DNA of 64,000 nt from Anthoceros angustus (lineage: Eukaryota > Plantae > Anthocerotophyta): NCBI GenBank assembly GCA_010909165.1, contig MU008172.1, forward strand, positions 310,001-374,000, given 5' to 3'. The position numbers and the translations under genes are program-made. Below, one piece after another: positions 12,283 through 22,808 of the stretch. The stretch's first letter is position 1. Each line of letters opens with the position of its first letter. Under the pieces are notes generated by a model. That model did not search any database. It had not been told where the DNA came from and saw only the letters and a list, made by a program, of their open reading frames with translations.

Positions 12283-13971
12283 TCAATCCACTTGGTTCAG
12301 GTTTCCTGGGGTCCCGGCAGTCCTCGGTAGTCTGTGTGCCTCCTGAGGTATGCGAAGCTCTTCAGTGTCCCCGACAACAACAACATACTCCTGCCCTTGG
12401 TAAATGTAAGCAACTCTGAGCTGCTTGGCTTCTCCCGGACATGGGTCACAGAAGCCCATAAGCCCTGATTTCTTGACGCCTTCGTAGAGCAGCAACTGAC
12501 CAGTCTCCGTGATGAGGAACTGCAAGGGAATTGTGACATCCAGGTTAGGCGGAGGCATGTCACCGAGGTCTTCATCGTCACCATCCGCAGCATCCTGGCC
12601 CTTGGAGGAGGCCTTCAGATTACCATAAAGAGCCTCGCTAATAACCAAGCCATCCTTCTGTGCTTGCTTTCTTCGCTTCCTCTCTGCAACATTGAGAAGC
12701 AAGGCCTGCGCTTTCTCGGATGCAGCCCGGGCTTCCAGCACCTCTGAGATTGTGGACCTTCTCTGTTCCAGGAGTTTCCTTCTCGCCCTCCTCAAGTAGT
12801 AGGGTTTGAGAAGGAAGACGTTCAACAAGGCATAGATGGAAGAAGGCACGAACAAGGCCCCAAAGCAAATCCCTGGTCTAAGGGATGTGGAAAGCAGGAT
12901 GGGAATCACGAATTTCTGACCACCTCGGGTATACCGTATCTTCCACAACACACCCTGAAGGCCGAGGCTGCAAGACATGGCAGCAGAACTGTGCTCCGAA
13001 ACCCTTCTCTCCCCTCCTACCTCCACCTCCAGCCCTGAACTTCCAAGCTTGCCAGACACCCGCCCACGAGATTTGGGCGAGAAATGGCGAACAAAGTTTC
13101 CCGAAAGCCCCAACATGCTGGGGGAAACCCTGAATTCTCCTGATCCGCCGTTTTTAGAGCCGTTGTGTTGCCACCCTACTGCAACCGTGGGCTCCGGCCC
13201 TACTGCAAGCTGGATAGTGGCCGCCGTGTTCTGCCCGATCTGCCGGGTCCATCCGTTGGTAAGCGTGACAGCGCCCTCTTTTAGGGATAGGCTAGCACCC
13301 AAAGTCCCCGTGGAGTGCGATGACAGCTGCCTGGAAGCCTGCACGCTGAGAACGGACCGAAGCCCAACAGTGCTCACAACCTCCACCGTAGAGATACTGG
13401 ACAGCTGACGCCTCACAGCCATGGTGACAGACCCCCCTCCCATACCAGTCCGCATGGCCATGTGGCCGCCCAGCACCACCGTGTCCTTGCTTGAAACCTG
13501 CGCTTGCACAGACGAGGACATGGCCATGGCAGCCATCCTGGGGGGCCTGTCGAACGACTCAAACCACCTGGCAGCATTGATGGTTACCGCCAAGGAGCCT
13601 GCATGGTGCACATGAGCTGCCAGACTGCGCTCCTGCTTCCGCAATTGCAGCCTCTCGAACTCCTTCCTGATCTCCTCCCGGGACTTGAGCTTGGGCCCCA
13701 ATTCCAGCCCCGAAGTCAAGCCTTCCATGCCATACAGGTCGTAAATCTGGCGCCTCTTGGGGTCGCTCAGAATTTCGTACGCCTCCCGAATTCGCTGGAA
13801 GCTCTGCGTTGCGATATCCCGCATCTGCACAGACTGGTGCTTGTCGGGATGGTACACCTGCGCCCACTGCCGGTATGCCCGCTTGATGTCGTCGTCATCG
13901 GCATCCGGAGACAGATGCAGCAGCGCGTACAGCTCCCTGGAGGGCTCATCGTCCTCGGATCCCACAGCCAT
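12283..13971 (-). CDS. DNAJC11: DNAJC11/AT2G35720-like J-domain protein, single exon (frame open up to 14085; first ATG 13971)
   Basis: N-terminal J-domain ELYALLHLSPDADDDDIKRAYRQWAQVYHPDKH with HPD motif, a central beta-rich region, and a C-terminal LDVTIPLQFL...KKSGLMGFCDPCPGEAKQLRVAY segment typical of the family. Confidence 0.93.
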   Translation of the reverse strand: MAVGSEDDEPSRELYALLHLSPDADDDDIKRAYRQWAQVYHPDKHQSVQMRDIATQSFQRIREAYEILSDPKRRQIYDLYGMEGLTSGLELGPKLKSREEIRKEFERLQLRKQERSLAAHVHHAGSLAVTINAARWFESFDRPPRMAAMAMSSSVQAQVSSKDTVVLGGHMAMRTGMGGGSVTMAVRRQLSSISTVEVVSTVGLRSVLSVQASRQLSSHSTGTLGASLSLKEGAVTLTNGWTRQIGQNTAATIQLAVGPEPTVAVGWQHNGSKNGGSGEFRVSPSMLGLSGNFVRHFSPKSRGRVSGKLGSSGLEVEVGGERRVSEHSSAAMSCSLGLQGVLWKIRYTRGGQKFVIPILLSTSLRPGICFGALFVPSSIYALLNVFLLKPYYLRRARRKLLEQRRSTISEVLEARAASEKAQALLLNVAERKRRKQAQKDGLVISEALYGNLKASSKGQDAADGDDEDLGDMPPPNLDVTIPLQFLITETGQLLLYEGVKKSGLMGFCDPCPGEAKQLRVAYIYQGQEYVVVVGDTEELRIPQEAHRLPRTAGTPGNLNQVD

Positions 13972-14994
13972 CCTGTCACAATTGCCGCCCTCCTTCCCCG
14001 CCGCCTCAAGACTAGGCCACTCGGACACAAGCGCCTCCGCAGAAACTCGTCGGGCCGATGCCCACCGGGATCGGGAAGGGGCCACCCCGACTGCTCAAGG
14101 CCTTCCGCGAGGACAGATTTAGGTGTCGTATATGAGTATACTCTATACCTACTTGTAAAACCAGGTTATACATATTTCCAAATGATTAGCTGGGGTTCCG
14201 AGTATACCAAATGCGCTACCACCAAAGTTCAAGGACAGAGCACCACAGTAGACAACCAGACAACCAAGTTTAAGGACAGAGCACGGAACATGGGCCCAAA
14301 TGTACTAGCCCAGCAAGGACTTGTGCTGGCCAGAGATAGAGGAGTGCAAAATTTATCCAACTAACAGCTATCCATCCATAGTCAATTGGCTATAAAGAAA
14401 AAGCTTGGAGTTGAGATAACTAATCAGAATGTAGTCAGATATGTATCTGCATAAGGTTTGATGGAGAACACAAGTAGGAATAGACATGAGGTACTAGTAC
14501 TAACCCTCCAATATATCACCCTGCCAACCCACATCACTAGACCCATCACTACATTCCAATTAACAGGAGCTTTGTGGTAGCACCTACACGTCGTATTAGA
14601 GAAAGGACACATATCGGGACAAATTTTTACTTCATTTTCTCCAAGTAACTAAATGTAGGACTCTGCACAAAGAGCATCATCAGCGTGAGTTGTAAACAAG
14701 TGATAAGTGCACATAAATTCATGCTTCTCTGCCATATCAAAGGTAATATTTTCACTTTCTTCCAACAATGTCTACTGGAACGTGGATTTATATCAGCCCA
14801 AACCTGAACACACCGTATAATTGTTTGCTTGAGCTCAAGAAATTCTTTGGCCAAATCTTCAAATCGAATGTGACTAATCCCACATCAGGTGAACGAAGAA
14901 AAGGGCACACGGCATGAGGCGAACCCCCTACGAAATAGCACCGGATGTGGGACGTGTTCTTCGTCAATAAGTTGGCTTAACCCCAGAAGGACGC

Positions 14995-15720
14995 CCGTCG
15001 CCTAAACCTCATCAGCAAATATGTAATGCGCCTGCTCACCGTACCGCTCATGTGGCACAAACCGCAATGCGCATCAGATGCACCGTGCGGCTGGCATGCC
15101 GCCCGAGGGCCCTTCCCGGCGATCAACCCCCCGGCAACGGGCTCGCTCTTCACCGTCCACACTGCTCTACGGCTATATCCTTCTGAGTGCCCTAGACACA
15201 AGTGCTATGTCCTGCAGAGCGTCCATGTGCTCCCTCCGTTTTAGGGTTTATAAGTGTTCCAAATCACAAGCAAGCTGAGTCATAGGAGGTTGGTGAACGA
15301 AAGACATCCAAGCTCATGAGCTAATGAGATGCTTGAATTGGATCGCTGCTCGGAATCTGCACTTGCAAAGTGATTGGCCAATGTGCCATAGTGGTTACAC
15401 CACAGGCATGTGGAGACGTGAGGTTGCATGAGCTTGTACCTATCATGCTTCCCACAACCCCTTCGAACTGAACTATGCACTTGGAACACAAATTAGCTTT
15501 GAAATGCCCACTTCTCTCGCACATTACGAACAAGAACACGGGAACGAACTCGTTGAACACTGTGGAGTGTGGATGGTGGTGAAGAAAGAGCCAGAGAGTT
15601 AGTCGCCGAAATGGGAGAGAGGAGGCCGGCCGCACGGTGCATCGGGGGTTTGTGCCACACAACCGGTACGGCGCAGAGGCGCACGAGGTCCTTTTCCGAG
15701 GTTTACGGGTGATTTAGCCA
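14995..15720. repeat. Diverged long inverted repeat (foldback); arms ~14995-15265 and ~15480-15720
   Basis: Colinear inverted perfect blocks: taaacctc 15003/15698; gtggcacaaacc 15052/15647; gatgcaccgtgcggc 15077/15629; gtgttccaa ~15257/15481. Confidence 0.75.
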
Positions 15721-17006
15721 TATTTAAATATAATTAGTTGAATAAAAAAATCTGATGTATCTGTTCTCACCTGCATAATTACGAGTATGGTCAGTTCCGC
15801 CCTGTCCATCTGGTGGGAAAAAAAAAAAAAGAAGGAGAGAGTAGTGATGCCTCTTCCAACCATTTCGAGATGGCGTGGGGCTTCCATGGGTACGGCCACG
15901 TGAGCGAGCATTTTTCGAATGTTCCAAAAAAATGACAGCGCGATGATGTTCACCTAATTTAAGATTTGCAGCATGAAGTTCTAATTTTCCAAACACAGAA
16001 ATAGACCCTTCAAACCACCTAGTGGCGGTAGAGCTATCCACCACTCCGTTCCAAAACATGAGCATGGTGATTAAAGTGGCCGGCATCTTTGCTCAAAGTC
16101 CGAGCTCTTCAACCTTGAATCGGTGCCAAAGAAAATGAAGGACCCCGTAATACACCCAAAACAACTCATTTTGAGTGGGTTCGTTAATTCTACCATTAAA
16201 AAGAATTTGGATGGAGGGTGGCATACAGGAAGGGGGGCACGTGGAAGCGGTCGCGGAAACATGTGACGGGGAGACGCCGGTACCCGTCGTCGCTGGGAGG
16301 TGGTGGCAATAGGAATCCCGGCCCCGGCTCCGCCTCCGCCTCCGGCGGGATGTCAGGGGTTCCGTTTGGGCCCCGCAGCTTCGTTTCGAAACGAAAGCAG
16401 GTTGGGTGTACCGAAACCCGTTCCCGTTGGCGCGTGTAGCAACAGAGCAGGCTGGGCAGTGGGCAGTGCCAGGGAGCTGGCTGGTACAGAGAACGGGGAA
16501 CGGAACATCCATCTGTGCTGGCCGCTCGCTCCCAGCCGGGCGGGCAAGCAGGCGCGTGCATGCATCATGGCGGGCGGCGGCAGCCCCCGCGGCGAGACTG
16601 TCTGAACGCCTACGCTGATTACGTTGTGGAGGGGCTGTCCAGCTGCATTGCCAACTTGTGGGCGCTGCAGGAGAGGCGCTTTCTAGTGGTGTACCATGCG
16701 GTCACCGGCTTCATTCGAGCCACGCTGCGCCTCCTCCTCCTCGGCTCCCTCCATGCCAGGCAGTCGTAATTGAGCTTTGTGGGCTGTTTTCTTGGAGCAC
16801 TCACGGGAATGGGGTGCCTTGATGCCTGCGCAATTGGGCTCCCTCGCGCACTGGCATCAGCTGGAATGGAATTGGGGGGATGGCACTAGCTTCTGTAGGT
16901 GATGTGATGCAGGAGCAGGCACTGTTTCTTGTTTGAAGCTCTGTGGAATGTGAGAGGGCAGGGTTGGCTCGCTCTCTGTCCAGATCGGGCTTCCGATTTG
17001 TGCAAC

Positions 17007-19193
17007 ATGCAGGCAATTCATCAGAGGCCGTATGTGCCGAGTAGGTTAGCAGTGAGTGCGAGCGACAGGCACTCCTCAGACGGGGTGCACAAGGCCCTGC
17101 TGGGAGGGGGAGGTCCGGGTGTGGTCGCCACCAAGCACGCATGCTTGCCCTGGGCTTTGTTCCTTCTCACATTGACGTCGTTGCTGATTTACTTCAGCAA
17201 ATTCCAGACCCCGTGTCTGACGACGGACAATTCGTCCCCCCCGATTAAGCGGTCTTCCCAATCGTCGAGCCCTCTTGCGTTTATGAGAGGACGGAGTGTG
17301 TTGCTCGTATCTCACGAGCTTTCTGTGTCGGGTACTGCTGCTGTCCTTTCATTTTCTGTTTCTGTGCCAAAAGTGTGAGTGGTCTTTTACTAAAGTGTCT
17401 GTCTGTTGCAGGAGGCCCTTTGCTGTTGATGGAGCTTGCCAAGCTGCTCAGAGATGTGGGTGCCAAGGTTCTGTGGGTGACTAACAGAAACGATGGCAAT
17501 GATGTGACGCTTTCCTTGGAAGACAAACTGAGGGATCAAAACGTGCAAGTAAGCTGTCACCCTACCGGAAAGTAAGCTGCTTTGCTACGTATTTTGTAAT
17601 GCGAGACGGGGTCAGATTATCAACGGCACTTGTCCTGATTGGGCAGATACTCGTAGGGAGAGAAGAAAATGTTGTACAGGCAGCTTTGCGGGCTGATTTG
17701 ATTGTTCTCAACACAGCTGTTGCCGGGAAGTGGATTGATACAACGGTCAACGACAAGCTTGACCTCGTTCTTCCTAAAGTGCTGTGGTGGATCCATGAGA
17801 TGCGTGGTCACTATTTCTCCCCTGATCTCATTAAACACCTTCCAAGAGTGGCAGGGGCTATGATAGATTCCCATGCAACAGCAGAGTACTGGAAGAACAG
17901 GACGGCTACTCAGCTGAGGTCAGTTTATTGCCTTTTAGATAAGCAGGTCACCGTTGCGCTTTGCTTAGCCCTTAAGTAACCTATATCCTTCACACAGGGC
18001 CTCCGTGAACATGTGGAGCTTGGAAGCTGGATTAGTTTTCCGCTTACTGTACTCTTTGTGAGTTGCGATGTCTGTGGGGTTTAGTTGCTGAAATGTATGC
18101 AAGATCCTTGCAGATGGAAGATGCCAAAGACATACGTGGTACACCTGGGAAACAGCAAAGACCTTACTGCCGCAGCTGAGAATGAGCTTGGGAGGAAGCT
18201 CCTTAGAGAACATGTGCGGGAGCACTACGGAATTCGCAAAGATGACGTGGTGTTTTCAATAATCAACAGTATGCACCCATGAGTTGCCAGAAACAGCATT
18301 GCCCCTGGAGATTGTTTGGGTCTTTTCTGCTCACATGTTTTTCATCTTGTGCAAGCATAGTTCATTCTACCCATGGATGGCATGGTGAACCTGAATATGG
18401 AGGTTTTATGTGCAGGCTTTTCTCGAGGCAAGGGCCAAGATATTTTCCTGAAAGCTTTTGTCGCAGGCCTGAAACTCATAGATGAATTGGCACATAAACA
18501 TCATAGCAGTGGGCAGATGCATGCGTTTTTGGTTGGTAGTTCTTGGGCTGCTTCCCGCAAGTACGAGAAGGAGCTTGTTGATTATGTGAAGGATAACAAC
18601 GTAGAGCATCTAGTGCATTTTGTGAATACGACCTTGAACGTGGTTCCATATTTGGCTGCGACTGATGTGCTGGTACAGAACTCTCAGGTACGTAACGCAC
18701 ATTCTGGTTATATTCACCCTGAGCTATACGGATTTGTATTGTGCAATACTACATCACATCCCCAACCGGTTTGCTGCAGAAACCAGGTGAGTGCTTCGGC
18801 CGCATCACCATCGAGGCTATGGCGTTTGGCCTTCCCGTACTGGTACTCTGGTGTTACAATCGTGCTTGCTCTCCTTCCCGGAACCTGGATCCACCAGTCC
18901 TCTTCTGAACCTCTGGTGCGCACATCTTGCAGGGGACAGCAGCCGGTGGCACAAAAGAGATCGTCGTGGATAAAGAAACTGGATTTCTTCACCCGGTTGG
19001 CAGGGCAGGCATACCTATCCTAGCCGAGAACATGGCTGCCCTGTTCTTCGAGCCTGAGCTGCGAGCCCTACTGGGTGACCGGGGCCTAGGAAGAGCTAAC
19101 GAGCAGTTCACCGAACACCACATGTCCGAGCGGATTGCTTCAGTGTTGCAGGAGATATTGAGCCAGAACCAGCACTCTCCTGATCCTTTGTGA
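17007..19193 (+). CDS. GT4-family (GT-B fold) glycosyltransferase, AT1G19710/AT1G75420-like: join(17007..17331,17412..17548,17647..17918,18114..18268,18416..18687,18780..18842,18933..19193)
   Basis: Spliced product contains VLLVSHELSVSGGPLLLMELA, LNTAVAGKW, KVLWWIHEMRGHYF, GAMIDSHATAEYW, SRGKGQD, DVLVQNSQ, GECFGRITIEAMAFGLPVLGTAAGGTKEIV. All introns are GT-AG with consistent phases. The start codon is the least certain part. Confidence 0.93.
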
Positions 19194-19344
19194 CACAGGA
19201 TTTCCTCACAGTTTATAGTTTACACTGGACTTGGCTTTCACAAAAGTGTAGTACAGTTTTTGTGGAAGGTAAAGCATGCGATACACACCCACACCTAATG
19301 TGGGTGTGGGTGTCAGTTGCGAAACAGTCTGCGATCGTCTGCAC

Positions 19345-20308
19345 GAGGGTGCTTAGAAGGATAGGCTCCAAAGCGCAGGAAGGCTCTACAACCTTCAGGT
19401 ACTCTTCCAGAGATGGCAGGTACGCTTTTTCGTTGCACTCGGCTTCTGTCAACATTGCCTCCAGCACCCGGACATTTTGCATTTCATAATTATTCACACG
19501 CAAGGCGGCACAAGGTATGCCCTAGGTAGTAGAACTGATCACGACAACAGCTGCGTTCAGACAGGCATCGAATTCTGGAATTGCAGTCTTGATGCTTACC
19601 GAGCATCGCAAGTGACGCCCAATATCACGTCCTTGAAATCGAGCTGAAGAAGTAGCTTCGCTGATTTAGTTCACAGAGTCATAGATGGCGAAAAACAGGA
19701 TCCGTTGCGGCTCGCTGCCATTTTGCACCAACAAGGGGAGCCACCTAGAAGCAGTCATGTACTCTACTTCAGCCCCATGTCATCCGGATTCATGTGCCAC
19801 CAAAGGAGTTCTAACGAGTAGCAAGCTTCCATGCAGGTTAGGCATTTGCAGCCATGGCCAATTAATACCTTCGGATTGCTTCGACAAATGTCTGCATTTC
19901 AGAGAATGGCTCGAGCTTCAAGTCAAAGTAGTCATTAGCCACAGTGAGCAGTATAGAGTTCTGTGTGCAGGCTGCCAGTGCTTCCCACAAGTCTGCTTGT
20001 CCTCCAGCCCCCAAAGCCTCGAAGTATCTTTCGGTGACCATCCCACGTTTGCCCATGTTGATCTTATCGAGGTTGAACTCGAGGAACCATGTGCAGGCCA
20101 TGTGCAACAGCAGGTTTAGATGTGGCTCCTTGGGTCTAACCCTAAACGGTACTTCAGCTCTGACAGAGCACCTCCCATTGATGAAGCGAAATGTTCAAGC
20201 TTCTCACCTTTCAAGCTTTTCAATCTCTTGTCGGTGCTTGGATTGCTCCAGATTGAAGTTTGCCTTTGCAAGCTCAAAGAAGGGATTTCAACCAATGTAC
20301 GGGCAGAT
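19345..20308 (-). pseudogene. Plant class-I terpene synthase (ent-kaurene-synthase-like alpha domain) pseudogene fragment, 4 exons
   Basis: Exon remnants: ICPYIG*NPFFELAKANFN; RWFLEFNLDK...QNSILLTVANDYFD...FVEAIRR; WLPLL...ILFFAIYDSVN*I...QGRDIGRHL; VLEAMLTEAEC...YLPSLEEYL. Lesions: TGA at 20288-20290, TAA at 19666-19668, an acceptor reading CAC instead of CAG, and DDxxD changed to NDYFD. Confidence 0.85.
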
Positions 20309-21391
20309 CTAACTGTTGCTCCTGCTCAGGTGGCATTCTTGACGTCTCTTGCGTTGGGGCTATGGAGAAGGTCAACCTCGACAGGTCATCAGCTTTGGCG
20401 ATCGTGAGATCACTACTTGCTTCTCCGCTGGCGTATCATAGGCATAGTTTGGGAACAGGCACAATACAAGACGCAGCCCGCACAGGATGAAGGAGTATGT
20501 CTTCTCATGTTGATTTTTGGGTGCTTTGTTTGCGTTTGGACTGTCATAACGGATTCTAGTTCCATCTGTCCTGGATGCATCAGGTTGGGGTCTCCCTCCC
20601 TTCTTCGGACAGACATGCCCTTGTTAGGGCTTCGAGCAAGTTGAACACGTTGTTATCTCGTTTGTTGAAGGAAAAGAAAAGAGTCCGGTAACATGGCAAG
20701 AAAGAAATCGTATGTTTTAGAAACCAACAGACCATGCCTTGCATCAAGGACTTGGGAACCTTGTTAACAATTCATACTTACATATGGCTGACACATGGCA
20801 TTTTTGAAAGCCTCCACCAGGTTTGGAGGACTACATTTCTTGCTTTGGAAGCCATGTAGGCTAAGCTCATAAATCTTATACATAGTTTTATCTTCAATTA
20901 TCCGATCAAACACCAAAGGCTTTGTTGTGCACAGCATTTGAAACACAGGTTCCCCTCCATCCATATCCAGAGTCTCCCACAAAACCCAGCCGGCCCTGGC
21001 TCTTTGGTTTGGCAAGGCCCCCTTGAACCCTAGGGTCCACAATTTCAGCAGAGGAGTCCAAAAATTGTTCTCCTCCAAGGGCTCCTCATCCTGCGTCAAC
21101 ATCCAATCTTTCTCTAGCAAAACATGCGCCTCCAGCTTGTTCCCCAACCGCCGTATGGCAATAGTGTCCTCGTAGTTGAATGCCGCCGTATGGCAACAGT
21201 GTCCTCGTAGTTGAATGGAGTTGGAATAGGTGCTGGCACTGATTGCCTTTGGGGTCTCTTCCCTCTGTCTCCTCTGTGGGCCGCCTTCTCCTTTGTTGTG
21301 CTAGCCTTCACAGGTATGAAGTCAAGGAGCTCCATTTTGAAGGCTTATGAACCAAGGACGAGGCCATTCACGCCAAGGAGCATGTGATACA

Positions 21392-21503
21392 GACAAAGGA
21401 GAGGGAATTAGTGGCCGAGGACAAAGGAAAGGGAATTAGAGGCCAAGGACAAAGGAAAGGGAATTAGAGGCCAAGGACAAAGGAAAGGGAATTAGAGGCC
21501 AAG
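21392..21503. repeat. 28-bp minisatellite x4 (gacaaaggaaagggaattagaggccaag)
   Basis: Units start at 21392, 21420, 21448 and 21476. Three gtgaaacaggagttg copies follow at ~21552-21600. Confidence 0.92.
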
Positions 21504-22808
21504 GAGCAACTGATACAACTGTTGAGAGGGGCCAAGGAGCAATTGATACAGGTGAAACAGGAGTTGGGTGAAACAGGAGTTGATTGGGTGAAACAGGAGT
21601 TGATACGGGTAAAGGAAAGGAAAACTCATCATTTGGAATTTAAGTTGCTAACAGCTAGAAAGGCCAACAATATGAGAGGCGTGTTTGAGTTGTTTGAAGT
21701 GAAGTTGAAGATCAAATAGTAAGAATAAGAAATATAGATTGATTACTGGTTGCATATTCTGAAGTCTAACGAGACACGTTGAGTGGGTGTGCTAAAACAA
21801 AGACAAATTGGTTATCTTCATAGACAAATTGGTTAACAATTGAAGGCCAGGATAAGGGCATAGTGGAGATCTACAAGATTCTCCATAATAAATTTCAAGC
21901 CCTATCAAAGCTGGTGAAGCACAGTGAGTTATGGCTACTACCCAAGCACCCCTTGACTTTCGCCCAGGGCTGCGCAATGGTTTGCGTTGCTGAGTGCTTG
22001 AGGTATAGGTTACATCTGGATCCAAACTATTGAACAATTAGAATGATGGCTGTGGTACTAGCATTCATGACAGTATTTGCAATAACGATAGGCGAACGAG
22101 GACATTGCCCTGAGTTGGGCAGCTCTTTTTTGCAGCTGTTAGGGTGATCTGATGTGGGATGCTCGATCATGTGCTACTTCGTTAGTTCTCGGTCGAAGCG
22201 ACCTGACGAAATTGCTCGACGACTCGACCCAAGGAATTGTAAGATTCAAGAAATGCACATCATTCTGTCATCGTCAAACTTTGAAGACTTGCGGACACAC
22301 ATTTTCAAGTCTAGCAACGTCACGGAAGGATGCAAAAAGTTTCTGCAGAATGCAAGGATGCAAAATGGTTCTCCCGAATGAGAGCTGATTGCAGACAGCC
22401 AGTGGGCAACACTTTCCTTGGCATCCTTATACAGTATACATATTGAAACGTCTGCGATCTGGCCATGAGAGAGATGCCATGGGTCTGGTCAGAAGTTCGA
22501 GACGCTGTTGTAGGGAGCAAAATGACCCATCCAGATGAAATGGATACATCTTCAAACTTTGAGGATGATCTGCATGGGTCTATTCTGAATTGGACCCTTC
22601 AGAATTGTATCCCGCTCGAGGCAGGTGCGGTGAGGGATTCTCATTGCAAGTGGGATCCGCAGCAGTGGGTGCCTGAATCGCAGTTGCTGCTAATGACCTC
22701 AGGGTTGGACGTGGATATCCGCACCTTGCGTCCGAGCTCCACTTTCTGCATCATACAAACCAGGTGCTGCTCTTTGCAGCAAGGAGTCGGTGCGTGCTCC
22801 TACGAGCC

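Noticed and set aside
13504-14364. 286-aa + strand ORF antisense to DNAJC11
   Set aside because: Shadow ORF of GC-rich codon usage, with no recognisable domain.
14878-14952. 14-bp inverted repeat whose arms resemble the plant snRNA USE (RTCCCACATCG)
   Set aside because: No TATA at the expected spacing, no snRNA sequence and no TSD. Roughly one such near-perfect short IR is expected by chance in 64 kb.
19285-19313. 11-bp-stem hairpin between GT4 and the TPS relic
   Set aside because: Low-complexity CA/GT sequence with no independent support for function.
19666-20290. TPS stop codons repaired by U-to-C RNA editing
   Set aside because: Such editing is organellar. This locus is nuclear and also has splice-site and active-site damage.
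20764-21335. 127-aa and 73-aa - strand ORFs upstream of the TPS relic
   Set aside because: No recognisable motif, and embedded among short tandem repeats. Likely TE debris, but it cannot be assigned.
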